DNA of 44,344 nt, from positions 1 to 44,344 of the forward strand of contig JAQGDQ010000938.1 in the NCBI GenBank assembly GCA_030141605.1, in the 5' to 3' direction. The DNA is from Tubiluchus corallicola (lineage: Eukaryota; Animalia; Priapulida). A program made the translations under genes and the position numbers. This document shows positions 1 through 12,171 of the stretch, one piece after another. Positions within the stretch are counted from its first letter, which is position 1, and the number at the start of each line of letters is the position of its first letter. Below the pieces are notes generated by a model. That model did not search any database. It saw nothing but the letters and a program-made list of their open reading frames with translations, and was not told the origin of the DNA.

Positions 1-110
1 TGCAGTCACAGAGTTAGTTTAAACATGATTTATTATAGTATTGGATCAGACAGTTTTAACAACATGATTTAGGATCCTCACCACAACAGACTTTATACAC
101 TATTTGCAAG

Positions 111-358
111 AACATTTACCGTAAGAATAGACTATAACTACACAAGCTGACAAGTTTTACTACAAGATTACATTAGACATTAGTAACATTTACAGTAAGA
201 ATAGACTATAACTACACAAGCTGACAAGTTTTACTACAAGATTACATTAGACATTAGTAACATTTACAGTAACAATAGACTATAACTACACAAGCTGACA
301 AGTTTTACTACAAGATTACATTAGACATTAGTAACATTTACAGTAAGATTTGACTATA
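111..358. repeat. 74-bp tandem repeat, ~3.3 copies
   Basis: AACATTTAC unit starts at 111, 185, 259, 333. Confidence 0.9.
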
Positions 359-516
359 CTTAGAAACGATAGAAAAGTCAAGGCGAGTTTTGATAGCTAT
401 AATTAACTTTGTAGATCCTTGACTCAGTAGCACATAACAGAAGGTTATGTAGCATTTAGGGAGTCGGTCCCGTAGGTCAGCAGTTTCCTAACTAGTGGTC
501 AGCAATTTCGATCAAC

Positions 517-1330
517 TAGTGGTCAGCATTCGCTACTTGAAAGTGAATTCGAATCGAATTTCTAACTTTCGAACTCGAATCTAACCAAATTTCAGCATTT
601 TCGTATCCAAATCGAATTCTAATTCAGTAAAAACTGTCTTCGAATGAATTTTTGAATCACTAATAAAATTTTGCAAACGAATCTCTAGAAGTGGAGGGGA
701 AACAACGTATTTATTGTTTAATAAACGGACTTATTATAATAAAATAATAAAAAACAGCCTCATAAAGATTATGAATATTATTTTTATGCTCCAGTAAAAA
801 CACTAATAATTCGTTTTAAAGATTTTGTAAAGAAATCACAGCAAAATTGTTCTGTTTGCAAGATATTTCTAACGTTTTAACGATAAAGAACGTACGTAGT
901 TCAAGTGCTGAATTATTCAAATCTATAACTTTAAATTCGAATCGAATTCGAACTAAAAATGTTCTAATCGAATTGGAACGTTCGATTAAATTCTAATACG
1001 TAGTTGAAGTGATGAATTATTCAAATCTATAACTTTAAATTCAAATCGAATTCGAACTAAAAATGTTCTAATCATGTTCGAACGTTCGATTAGATTCTAA
1101 TACGTAGTTGAAGTGGTGAATTATTCAAATCTATAACTTTAAATTCGAATCGAATTCGAACTAAAAATGTTCTAATCGAATTCGAACGTTCGATTAGATT
1201 CTAATACGTAGTTTAAGTGGTGAATTATACAAATCTATAATTTTAAATTCGAATCGGATTCGAACTAAAACAATTGTTCTAATTGAATTCGATTCGAATG
1301 TTCGAAATCGTGCAGTCAATGCTCTCCCTA
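517..1330. mobile_element. TTCGAA-rich non-autonomous DNA transposon (hAT-like MITE), copy 1, with internal 104-bp tandem array
   Basis: Imperfect termini TAGTGGTCAGCAT...ATGCTCTCCCTA, many subterminal TTCGAA motifs; 104-bp unit starts at 893, 997, 1101, 1205. No clean TSD, so superfamily is inferred. Confidence 0.55.
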
Positions 1331-1729
1331 ATCAACACGTAGGTGGTCCTTCTTTACATACCTTCTCCTCCAATTTCTCCTCTGCTGTTTAATAACAGGT
1401 CCTATGGTTTTACAGACAATGTGGCAAATCATTGACAAGGAAACGACATTAATTACTTTCCTATCTTGTCTATACAGGTAGTGATGAGACTTTTCACACT
1501 TCTAGATGATGATCGTGAAATGACCAAAGGTCAAGTGCACCAGACAACGCAGTACTCCACATTTGGTAATGCCTGGAAGCTCATGCTATTGTAATAGTTA
1601 TAATTCTTAGCTAGAATCTTACCTAGTTCATTTTTCTTGTTCCCACGCAAAATTCTGCTAGTGAATTGCTCTACCTACAGACTAATGCACAATTAAGTAA
1701 AGTCCACGTGAAACAACTGAAGTTACTGT

Positions 1730-2075
1730 ATTGGTTTGCCATTTGGTTTTTTAAAAGGTTTTAAGGCAATTCTTAATAGTACTCCACTTGGTAATCTTAG
1801 AATTTCAATAGCCATCTTAAACTTCGGAACTTGACTTTTGAACTCCAAGAAATTTCTTTCGTACTAATGTATAAATCTTCGTTTTTGGTTATGTATGGCC
1901 ATTTTGTCTTTAGAACTTTCCTAAGAAGCAAAATATGAAACGTTTCAATCTGTTTTTCTTGAGTAATCGTTAAACCCCAAGTTTCACTGTTGTACATAAA
2001 TATGCCGGTAACATAAACATTAAATAATCGAAGTTTCACGTTAAGACTTAATTTCTTCCTAGTTAATACATTCTT
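1730..2075 (-). mobile_element. Non-LTR retrotransposon (RTE-type) ORF 3' fragment, degraded
   Basis: KKLSLNVKLRLFNVYVTGIFMYNSETWGLT, the post-RT 'LxYxxETW' region of RTE-like LINEs; homologous to 3965-4300. Confidence 0.8.
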
Positions 2076-2225
2076 GTATTTAAGAAAATCATACAATGCT
2101 TGGGCGGATATATTTAATATATATATATACATAATATATATACATAATATAATACATACATACATATTTAATACATATACATGGCTTGGGCTTTCTATTG
2201 GCTATACATGGCTATACAGAAATAT

Positions 2226-2624
2226 TATGGGTGAGCATCGAACATTCGAATTCGTTCCGAACGAGATTTTAATTCTAATTCGATTCGAACTTAAAACTAC
2301 TGATTCGAATAATTCGTCACTTCAACTACATTCCTTCTTTATCATTAAAATGTTTAAAACTTCATGTAATCAGCACAAGTTAGCGGGGATTTCTGTGCAC
2401 AACTGTCAAACAAATTTTTACTGTTTTTACTACAGAACAAAGTAAGTAAGACGCGTGATCTGCGAGACTGTTTTTTGTACATTACTCGAAAATTTGTTCG
2501 ATAATATTTAAACCGATTTCGAATTCGATTCGTATGCGAAAATACTGAAATTCGGTTTGATTCGAGTTCGAAAGTCAAAAATTCAAATTCGAATTTCTTT
2601 TCCGATAGACAATGCTCACCCCTA
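2226..2624. mobile_element. TTCGAA-rich hAT-like MITE, copy 2, inverted relative to copy 1
   Basis: Termini TATGGGTGAGCAT...ATGCTCACCCCTA; interior is the reverse complement of parts of 540-960. Confidence 0.55.
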
Positions 2625-2835
2625 CTATGTATAGATCATCCCAGTCTGTTTAGTGTTTCATCTTAACGCCTGACAATACAGAAGTGAAGTGGACACGAGA
2701 ATTCAAACAACTTCTGCGAGCGGAAATGAAAACGTCTAAACCGGTTATTAACACCAGCAAAACTTGAAGCTCGTATTGGCCTCGCTAGCAGGCTCATTTC
2801 AATCAAGGAGGAAACGTTTCTCTATCCTTTTCATT

Positions 2836-2872
2836 CTCTCTCTCGCTCTCTTTCGCTCTCTCTCTCTCTCTC

Positions 2873-2917
<45 letters not shown>

Positions 2918-2922
2918 TTCTC

Positions 2923-2967
<45 letters not shown>

Positions 2968-2999
2968 TTCTCTTTCTCTTCTCTCTCTCTCTCTCTCTC

Positions 3000-3090
<91 letters not shown>
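2836..3090. repeat. (CT)n/(GA)n microsatellite
   Basis: Directly visible; source of the poly-SL and poly-ER ORFs. Confidence 0.98.
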
Positions 3091-3094
<4 letters not shown>

Positions 3095-3964
3095 GCATGT
3101 CTGTCTGGCTTTTGAACTACGTAAAGTTTCCAAATTGGACTGCAGAATCTTTCAGAAAACTGACAGCTTCGGACCAAGACATTTTACAAAGCAGACAGGT
3201 TTTTAAGGAAAACTTTCATCAACTTATGCAAAAAAACTGGCACTGGTCAGCCTAGGTCACCACGCTCCGACAGAACACAACATAAGAAAAATGAACTTAC
3301 CTTTGAAAAAGTTTCTCAACAGAGAAAGATGTTTCGTTGAAATCCAAATTGCCGGGAAAGTTTGAGCAGCAGTCTGCCGCGTCTCTGAAACCTTCTGCGC
3401 TTCAAATTACGGGATATTTATACTGAGGTCACGTGTCTGTATTGATGGACGCCGCTCGGTTACCTTGCGCATGAGACGTAATGAAAATAGATGATAAGGC
3501 ATCATGCATCATTGTTGAAATTACCGTGCTAATCTATGTAACGTAATGTACCTGAAAGGGATCACAGATTCTTTAACAATATCAGACTAAACGAAAGAGG
3601 AGGGGGCAATGATAAGAAACAGTAACAGAATAATTTACCTGTTGTAAAGTTTGTTATCATTTTCAAATCGAATTAAGTTCTTTATTTCAGCGGTTTCATC
3701 ACGAATACTAACTCTGTTTAAGTCCAGACAGTCTATAAAAGTCACTTTACAATGATCACTTAATACTGACAATATTTTCTTAAACGTTTCACTTAACTCT
3801 GTCACGTTGGGTTGTCGATGGTTTAATAAACAGAGGATGGATCTGTTTAGCCAAGCGGACATAACCTGTAAAATTTTTATAAAGGCGCGTGTAACTTTGG
3901 GGCACTTTTCTAAACAGCGAAGATGATATCAAAAGTAGAAAGCAACAAGCAATGCATGCTTTTC

Positions 3965-4510
3965 TTCAACACGAGAATGTATTAACTAGCAAGAAATTAA
4001 GTCTTAACGTAAGACTTCGATTATTTAATGCTTATATTACCAGTATATTTATGTACAACAGCGAAACTTGGGGTTTAACGATTACTCAAGAAAAGCAGAT
4101 TGACTCATTTCAAAGAAGTCTTCCAAGGAAAGTTTTAAAGATAAGATGGCCATACATAATCAAAAATGAAGATTTATACACCAAAACAAAAGAAATTTTT
4201 TGGAGTTCAAAAGTCAAGATCCGAAGATTAAAATAGCTAGGACATCTTCTAAGATTACCTAAGAATCGCCTTAAAGGAAGCCTTGAAACCTTGCAAAAAA
4301 CCACCTGGTAAACCTAAAACAACTTGGATGGCTAAGTTAAATAAAGACGTTCAACAACTTCAACTAAATCTATCTTTAGGAGTAGAAGAACTTACGCTGT
4401 TAGCTGCAGATAGAAGTGGGTGGATGACTCTAATAAATGTTGATACCTCAATGCCTACAACAGGTGGAATGAGATTTTGAAGAAGAAGAAGAAGAAGAAG
4501 AAGAAGAAGA
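3965..4510 (+). mobile_element. 5'-truncated RTE-type LINE 3' end with (GAA)n tail
   Basis: MYNSETWGLT...KIRWPYIIKNEDLY...GHLLR, then GKPKTTW after a stop/frameshift; ends in (GAA)n at ~4479-4510. Confidence 0.85.
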
Positions 4511-4843
4511 AAGTGTTACTTTTCCAACATAAACCTGGCCACTTAGAAATTACACCTATATGCACTTGCGGTGCATCTAGTAAACCTTTTTATGAAGTAA
4601 AAATAAAAAATACATAAAAACTACTGGTTGTTCTACAAACGTTTTTAAGACTGAATGTTAGGAAGCAACTAACTAAACCACTTGAGAAACCTGCATATTT
4701 TCAGATACGTTTTAATCACGACGCAACGTTTTAGCAGCGAAGTAACATCTGTGTGAGACACCGAAGCAATAGATTTGGAGCTACTTTGATCATTCGTGTT
4801 TTTATTTTCCATTCCTTTTACCATTTCAACATTTTTACAAGCT

Positions 4844-4955
4844 TTGTGCAGTTTTCACTACCTCTGGGGATACTTTCACAACCATTGTGCAGTTTTCACT
4901 ACCTCTGGGGATACTTTCACAACCATTGTGCAGTTTTCACTACCTCTGAGGATGC
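4844..4955. repeat. 41-bp tandem repeat, ~2.7 copies
   Basis: TTGTGCAGTTTTCACTACCTCTG at 4844, 4885, 4926. Confidence 0.9.
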
Positions 4956-5607
4956 TTTTACAACTGTTACATAATACGGATACACCGTCGGGCAACCACT
5001 TCTGTTATCTCAGCCTTTTCAAGTGTAACTAAAACAGCAGCAATAGATCAATCAATGTAACGAGAGGCTTTCTTGGTTGCACAGGTGACTTTGCAAGTCT
5101 TCCTCTCCGCCTCTCTTCCTTGCCATAATTGATCAAAACATTTTTCTTTCGATGGTGCTCTACCGCGGTGCAGTTGAATAATTCATTGGTTTCCTGCAAG
5201 ATTTTTCTACACGGCGCAAGTGATTAATTAAGAACATGAGGATAAGGAAATGCAAACATGAGAGAAAGTAGCCAAAAGATCACGTTTGACTATAGCTCTA
5301 TGCAAACCAATTCAAGCTGAATTAAGTTATAACTTATAAAAAACGTTCCTGGGGAAAAACGTCTTCCTTGTAATAAATCTTGCGCGGCTGTACAAATAAT
5401 CGAAGAGATATAACAGAGAGAAAGATGTCCGCTCTCACAACGGTTCACCAAACACAGTTCCAAATCTACTATAACTTTAACCTTTGACCTTTGGTCGTTG
5501 TTTATTTCGTGTAACAGAATTTTAGGTAAGAAAATATTAGCTCCACCCATGTTCAACTAACTTCCTTGTGACTTGACCTGTGACTGACTTAACCTCGTGC
5601 TTCTTAA

Positions 5608-6150
5608 AGGAAAACCGGATGGTTGTGTAAAGTGTAAACATGAGTTCAGAATAAATAATGCTCTTAAATATAGAAAACTACAAAAGCTTTTATAAAATCA
5701 AAGCTTAGATTAAATAATAATTACCTCGGATACTCAAATTGTGTTAAACTTTTAAAGCTACGCGGGGCTCAGTGAATCTACTAAGACTGGCAGCGGCGCC
5801 TTTTTGTCACGTGCGCGTGGCCGATAAATAGAAGGCGGTACCGTGATAACCATGATCATGAACTGCTGTGTTAGTTTCTGACGTCATATGACGTAGAGCC
5901 CATTTTTCGTGACATCATGCGTTTAAGCAGTACTGTAACACTTATGCAAATGTGCTTGATGCGCAAGGGAAGACGTCTGCCATTGCGCAAACTGTGATTA
6001 GTTTCTGACGTAAGCAATAGCTGTGTTCGGTTGCTGTTAATTAACTTTCTAAGCTAATTATTCAAATATAAGAAACAATTGTTAACTTTTATAGGCAAGA
6101 AAATGTATATTTTGCACAGTAAATTAAAAGATTAAGTCTAAATAATCGTT
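5608..6150. mobile_element. Kolobok/T2-type MITE family A, copy 1 (right TIR damaged)
   Basis: Starts TTAA|AGGAAAACCGGATG; body shared with 15617, 24634 and 32569 copies. Confidence 0.8.
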
Positions 6151-9100
6151 TAAATGAAGATCATAATGCGACTATTATCTCCAGGTTTGGCCACATTTTT
6201 TAACCTTAAATTCAACATTTGAATGGAAAAACTTTAAACGTTAAACGCGAAATTGATAAAAATTTGGCAGGTTGGGCCAATGTTGAAGCCCAGGGAAGCG
6301 AAACTGCAGAGTTCAGCAAGAAAGCGAATCTGATCTTTGTCGATTTATAGCAAACTGTTTCTTTATAAACACTGACTTTTCACGTAATTTATTGAAGGAG
6401 ATCACAAGACGCGCTTCGCTATGGAATTCAGTGGTTGGCTAGAGGACAAACATCGTGACACGTAAATGCACAAAATTTCATAACCGCATCAGTACTGAAA
6501 TGGCATTAATTTTGTGGCTAGTTTGCATGCGAGCAGCTTAACAGTACTAGATATTACCCCCCCCCCTGAATCCGTCAAGATCACGCACATGGAGCAAAAC
6601 TAAGACAATTGTCGTTATCTTTTTAAAATATTTAATCCTTATCCTTTCTAGCAACGTATTTTATCCAAGTTTATCTAAAAATGGCTAAAATCAGTGTTAG
6701 CAGGAGCTAACGAGAGCTTCCAAATTACAATTAATTGTAGTACCTACGAAAATCTGTACTGTTGTACACTTTTTAGTACAGTTGTACCTACGCACACTTG
6801 TACAATTGTTGTCGGAGATAATTGACTGTAGTCCACTATATTAAGAATTTTTCTTTGGTTCTTGAATTTGCATTTGTGAAGCCGCGCAGATTCCTCAATT
6901 TTTTTTGCAAAATTCTCACCAAAATGGTTCCTGTGTTGGCAAGAAAATGGCGGTCTCATTTCCATCCACTGCTGGAATATCTCTATTTGCAATTTACCAA
7001 GCGTGATTCCACAAACAAGACTGCTAATGGACTTGTAAATACGTCAGAGTAGAGCAGCATCGCTATTTACAATAACGCGTGCGTTTCCAAATCATGGCGC
7101 TGAAAATTGCTAAACAAAACGAAAAAAAGGCGGACAGGTGCAAGTCTCTTCGTTATTTCAAGCTCATGAATAACAGTATCTACGTGGCTTTATAAATCAT
7201 CTAAAACATTTCATGTTTTATATAAATAATTGGTTCAAGTTAGTGTACGCTGGTCTTAGATACGCTAGCGCGATCTGACTAATTACTGCATTTTCATTAC
7301 GGGCAAGTTTACAAAACAAGACGTCAGAATAATCATATTGGATCTGACATATACAGTACTGCCTTACAGAACGTACAGATGCAATACTCAGTTTTTATGC
7401 TATACGGTATTATATATAAGGTGTTTTATAAATAATTTTGCGGAAGAAATGTGCTTAAATGTGTGAAAAAGAAACATTAAATTTTGAACTAAGAATTTTA
7501 ATTTGGTGATGCGTTTAAAAATGTGATTCTTTAATTATACGTTTTGAAGTGCATTAGGAAACATTAGCCACGAATCACATTTTCTACAAACTATGAATTC
7601 ACTTTCCTTCAAAGTGTATTCAAAACGCACATAATCTATCGAAGTTTTTTTTCTATATTAATAAATTTTAACGTAATGTATTGGCAATTGATTTTCCATA
7701 CATAATTCTGTTGTGTTCAAAAAAACAGGCAGTGAATGTCATTTTAGGAACCTTGAAACTGTAAAAATGTCTAAGTCTGACTCTTGAAGCAAATATTGCA
7801 AACCACTAAAACGTTGTTTTAAAAAAAACGAAGTTATTACAGTAATATTTGTGTGTTATAATAGGCAAAATGGAAAATGTTACCAAATGCAATTTACCTA
7901 TTTATATTTTTGGAAACTTTGTAAAAAAAAATAAACATTATCTCTAATTCTTTATTTGTAGAAAATGAAACCCATTCCCCGTGTTTCCTATTTCGAATGT
8001 TTACCACAAGCTTACTTTTAAAATTAACATACTAATTTGAGATATTGAATCTCTAATTAGTGTACTCTTAAACGGTAGTAGCCTTTACTGAACCATGATC
8101 AAAATGTAGTTATATTTGATATTGTTCAAACATATATAAAAAAAATACTCGTCGATTCGCCTATTAGTGTGGTTCATTTTGTACTACGAAGGTATTTCAT
8201 TGTACATTAATCTATTTCTTTCATTTCATCTGTACATCACCTGTACACTCAGTTCTTCCTGAGGCAGGGCTCTTTATCAGGGGTAACTGTGGCCAAAGGT
8301 TTATTTTTGTTCTACAATAATAAAAATATGGTTATATAAAAAATTAACATAGTTGATCTTTCTGGTTTAGAGATAATTCATTAGTGCGAAACTAAGCATA
8401 TAATTAGTTTAGACAGTAACGCATTCGTGGCAATTTAGCACAGAAGATTTTTTCATCATTTTTGAATAGTCCAGAGTTTCGTAATCTAGAAATATTACAC
8501 GGGTCATTCATCTAGGCTAAAAATAAAAAAGGTCCAAAAATTGGCCCTTGTGGTATACCACAAGTAACTATCTTTGTAGTAGAGTAAAGATTTTAAATTT
8601 TAATACTAGGCCGTTGCAGTTTGCTTGTTGTTCTTGCTTTAAAATTAAATTTCATTGATTCATTAAACAAATGTCGACATGATCACGTGACTGCCATAAA
8701 AGGAGCAATAAATACCTTTAAGTAATTGCAGGTAACAGCAATCAACAATCAACATTATTTTGCTTGTTATATTGCTGGAACTACAACACTTAGCAATTAC
8801 CAAGGGGGCTTGGGGCCAAATTTCTCACTGTTTACTTAAAGTTTCCAATTTTAGACTTGGATTTTTGGTTCTATTGAAGTACGCATTATAAAAAAGTTGT
8901 AAAATGAATAATATATGCAAGTGTACCGAAATATGCTAGCTATAAGATTAATGCATTAATGATAAAGTAATCAATAAAGTCAATTGAACTTTTAGAGGCA
9001 TGCAAGTTTTGTAAATCGTGCAGTTTTCATTACACTGCAGCCAAAAATAAAATTAAACCCGTTTCCTGATGTAATCAATTCTGGTTTGATATCATTTTAT

Positions 9101-9722
9101 ATTGCAACGTTATTTAAAGACTATCAACGTTTTCGCCTGACTACGTCAATAAATACCGTCACATCGCCAAAATTCACAACAATAACGCAATTATAAAACG
9201 TAATTAAAATCTTCGAACAAGTGAACAACGGCTTCCTGTTGACTTTAGTTGTTCTCTGTTTGGTTTAATAACATTCAGCTTTTCTGGTGTAGCAAGTCGA
9301 CTGCGTCAGCGACGTTCTGTAACGTTTTGGCTTCTGACTGTTTGTTTTCACATTGCCTCTTCGGGGAGTGAATCTTTGCTCTCCTGATTAATGTTTACAC
9401 AGGTAGCAGATAATTAAAACAGGTGTTTTGTCAGTACCTGCAGTCAATAATGTCTAATTAAGCATCGCGTGGATGAACGTTAATTTGCTCAATAATCTGC
9501 ACTTTTGCATGACATGTTATTTACTTTGATGCGCCAGTATGGCGTTTCTTGAGCGTAGTCAGTTCACAATGAAGCTTTTTAGGAAACGGTGGCTTCAAAT
9601 CGGATTTTTTGGTTTAGGCTAAAGTTGACAATTCACCAGTTTGATGACACTAAAGATACTCTAAAACAGAATTCCACTTAGCTTATTCGGAAACAATTTT
9701 TAACTTTCTTTGTGTTTTGCAG

Positions 9723-9917
9723 GTAAAATGGATGACAAGGCCTATCACCTACACAAGTTAGCCAACGTTACGGAGCATGCGCACGACAACGGCGGGTCGG
9801 GAATTCCCAACGGCTCCATCGGGATAATGGAGGAGAATGCAGGAACGAGTAAGCCTCCCACGCCCATAGCAGACCCTCACCGCCATTCCAGCCAAGAAAC
9901 AACTGTTACCATCATAG
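9723..9917 (+). CDS. SLC24A2: NCKX/SLC24 coding exon (cytosolic loop), first exon recognisable in the window
   Basis: Pyrimidine tract + TTGCAG| acceptor, ATAG|GTGC donor, 195 nt, phase 1-1. Peptide GKMDDKAYHLHKLA resembles the loop motif of NCKX2 (GRFREKASILHKIA, from memory). Symbol means SLC24A1/2-like, not established orthology. Confidence 0.8.
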
Positions 9918-10469
9918 GTGCTTGTGGTGTCTTATGAATGTTGTGGTTGTTTCTTTAAGAAAGTCTTTCCTTTAACACTTTCATCAACGTTTTCTTACAT
10001 ATTTCTTTCACGTCTATTAAACATTTATTTATCTTTGCTCACCTTCAGACTATTCTTTGCAACGAAGGCCATTTCTCTAATTTTTTCAAATATATCAAAC
10101 AATCCTTGACAAATTAAAACCACTTTTGTAACTCGTTCAAAATTCTCAAAGGCACTTTTGGGTATTTAAAACAAGTTAAAATAAAAACACTCGTGATAAC
10201 GATTGATGATACTGGTGATACAGGTGATGATCATGTTGTTGTCCATGGTAGTGCTGGTCGTGATGATGGCGGTAGTGGTGTCAGTGGTGGTAGTAATGGT
10301 TTTGACGATGATGTTTATGGTTCTTGAATAATTAAGCTATCGGAGAATATTATAAACGGAACCAGCTATAACAATAATTTGGGTGTTACGAATTTTTCTT
10401 TTTTCAAAATCTTTCATAAACGTAATAGCGAAATAGGTGAATAGTCCATTTTGCTAAACAATCGTTTAA

Positions 10470-10920
10470 AGGACAAGAAAAGGCCTGGTTAAAGCAAGTC
10501 TCGGAAAATTTTCGCTAAAGAATTATAATGCTTAGAGGCAATCTTAAGCGTTTATCATACTCACGTTAAAAGAATTTCCTTTTTTCATTTTAAATACTGT
10601 CGCGAGACTGTCAAGGCGGCGCCATATTGGATGGCGTCACAGAACCACAACATAAATCTTTATAGTACACGTGCTCAGAACTCACTGCGACTGTGTTCGA
10701 GTGATGTCATGACACGTGATCCGTCACATGCTGGCTTTTCAATTGGCGGACTAAATGAAACATGTCTGCGCCAACGTTTACTGCAGCGGTTGAAATATTT
10801 TACAAAAATTGAAGTAAATGCGAAAACGAGAGTACTTTATTCGCTTAAGATTATACTTACGTGATATAATTTTTATTGCCAATTTTCTGAGGCTTACTTT
10901 GGTTGGCCATTTTCTTTCCT
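10470..10920. mobile_element. Kolobok/T2-type MITE family B, copy 1
   Basis: TTAA|AGGACAAGAAAAGGCC...GGCCATTTTCTTTCCT|TTAA. Confidence 0.88.
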
Positions 10921-11113
10921 TTAAGCGTGTCAAAAATTTAATGAAAACCTACATTTACATCCAGAAATGTCACTTTCATATGTTTTTCTTTAGACTTACT
11001 TACCTACATCTATACCATATTGGTGTATTATGTTATTTACTAATCCCATTTATTTCTAACTTTTATTTACTTATTATTTATTAACTTTCGCTTTTCTCTG
11101 TCTGCACGATGAG

Positions 11114-11140
11114 TTAATCAAAGTCAAGATGAAGGAACAG
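11114..11140 (+). CDS. Candidate 27-nt alternative microexon of the NCKX gene (adds VNQSQDEGT)
   Basis: TATTAAC branch-like site, pyrimidine tract, TCTGC, then GAG| acceptor; CAG|GTAACT donor. Phase 1-1 and stop-free, matching both flanking exons. Confidence 0.5.
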
Positions 11141-11690
11141 GTAACTTGTTTAATTATAGACTAATGTTGCTATCATACATTGTGGGTCGGCATTGTAGGG
11201 GGTCAGAAGGGGGATTCACAATCTGCACTGTCATCGGTTCCTCACATGGAACTGGTAGGAGCGTCAAAAATCGTTGCAGATCAAGTACGAAAGGACAGAT
11301 CAGCTGAGGTCTGAATAAATAATTGATGCCTTCTTTAATCTTCAACAATATTTCTGAACAACATTCTTGCGTTTCAGAAATAAGAATTCTGGGTGAACAT
11401 GTTGACAGCCGTGTGAAGCCGTACAAATGCTTTTGGAATTAGTACTTTAAAAATTGAGTTTAGATTTTAAGTTGATGCATGAATACAAATGTCAATTCAA
11501 TATGGCTTCTGGTCGATGATACGAAATATTATTCAGTTTCGTTCATGAATGTACGTGTACGCGTTTAATAAACGTGTGCTGAAAACAGTTAAACGGAAAG
11601 ATGAAATCTTTAGTTTACTTCTTGGAGTAGGCAACCTGCACTACATTGTAATCAAATAATCCTGTCCTAACTCTTTACCTCACAGTTTAA

Positions 11691-12143
11691 AGGACAAGAA
11701 AATGGCTAACCAAAGTAAGCCTCAGAAAATTCGCAATAAAAAATTATATCACCTAAGTATAATCTTAAGTGAATAAAGTACTCACGTTTTCGCATTTACT
11801 CCAATTTCTTGTAAAATATTTCAACCACTGCAGTAAACGTTGGTGCAGACGTGTTTATTTAGTCCGCCAATTGAAAAGCCAGCATGTGATAGATCACGTG
11901 GCATGACATCACTCGAACACAGTCGCAATAAGTTCTGAGCACGTGTACTATAAAGATTTATGTTGTGGTTCTGTGACGCCATCTAATATGGCGCCACCGT
12001 GACAGTCTCGCGGCAGTATTTAAAATAAAAAAAGGAAACTCTTTTAACGTGAGTATGATAAACGCTTAAGATTGCCTCTAACCGTTATAATTCTTTAGCG
12101 AAAATTTTCCGAGACTTGCTTTAACTAGGCCTTTTCTTGTCCT
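11691..12143. mobile_element. Kolobok/T2-type MITE family B, copy 2, inverted relative to copy 1
   Basis: TTAA|AGGACAAGAAAATGGC...GGCCTTTTCTTGTCCT|TTAA; full-length reverse complement of 10470-10920 with scattered substitutions. Confidence 0.9.
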
Positions 12144-12171
12144 TTAACACTTTTGCACACTTAGATACTTT

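Noticed and set aside
2764-3255. Poly-SL / poly-ER ORFs
   Set aside because: Translations of the (CT)n microsatellite.
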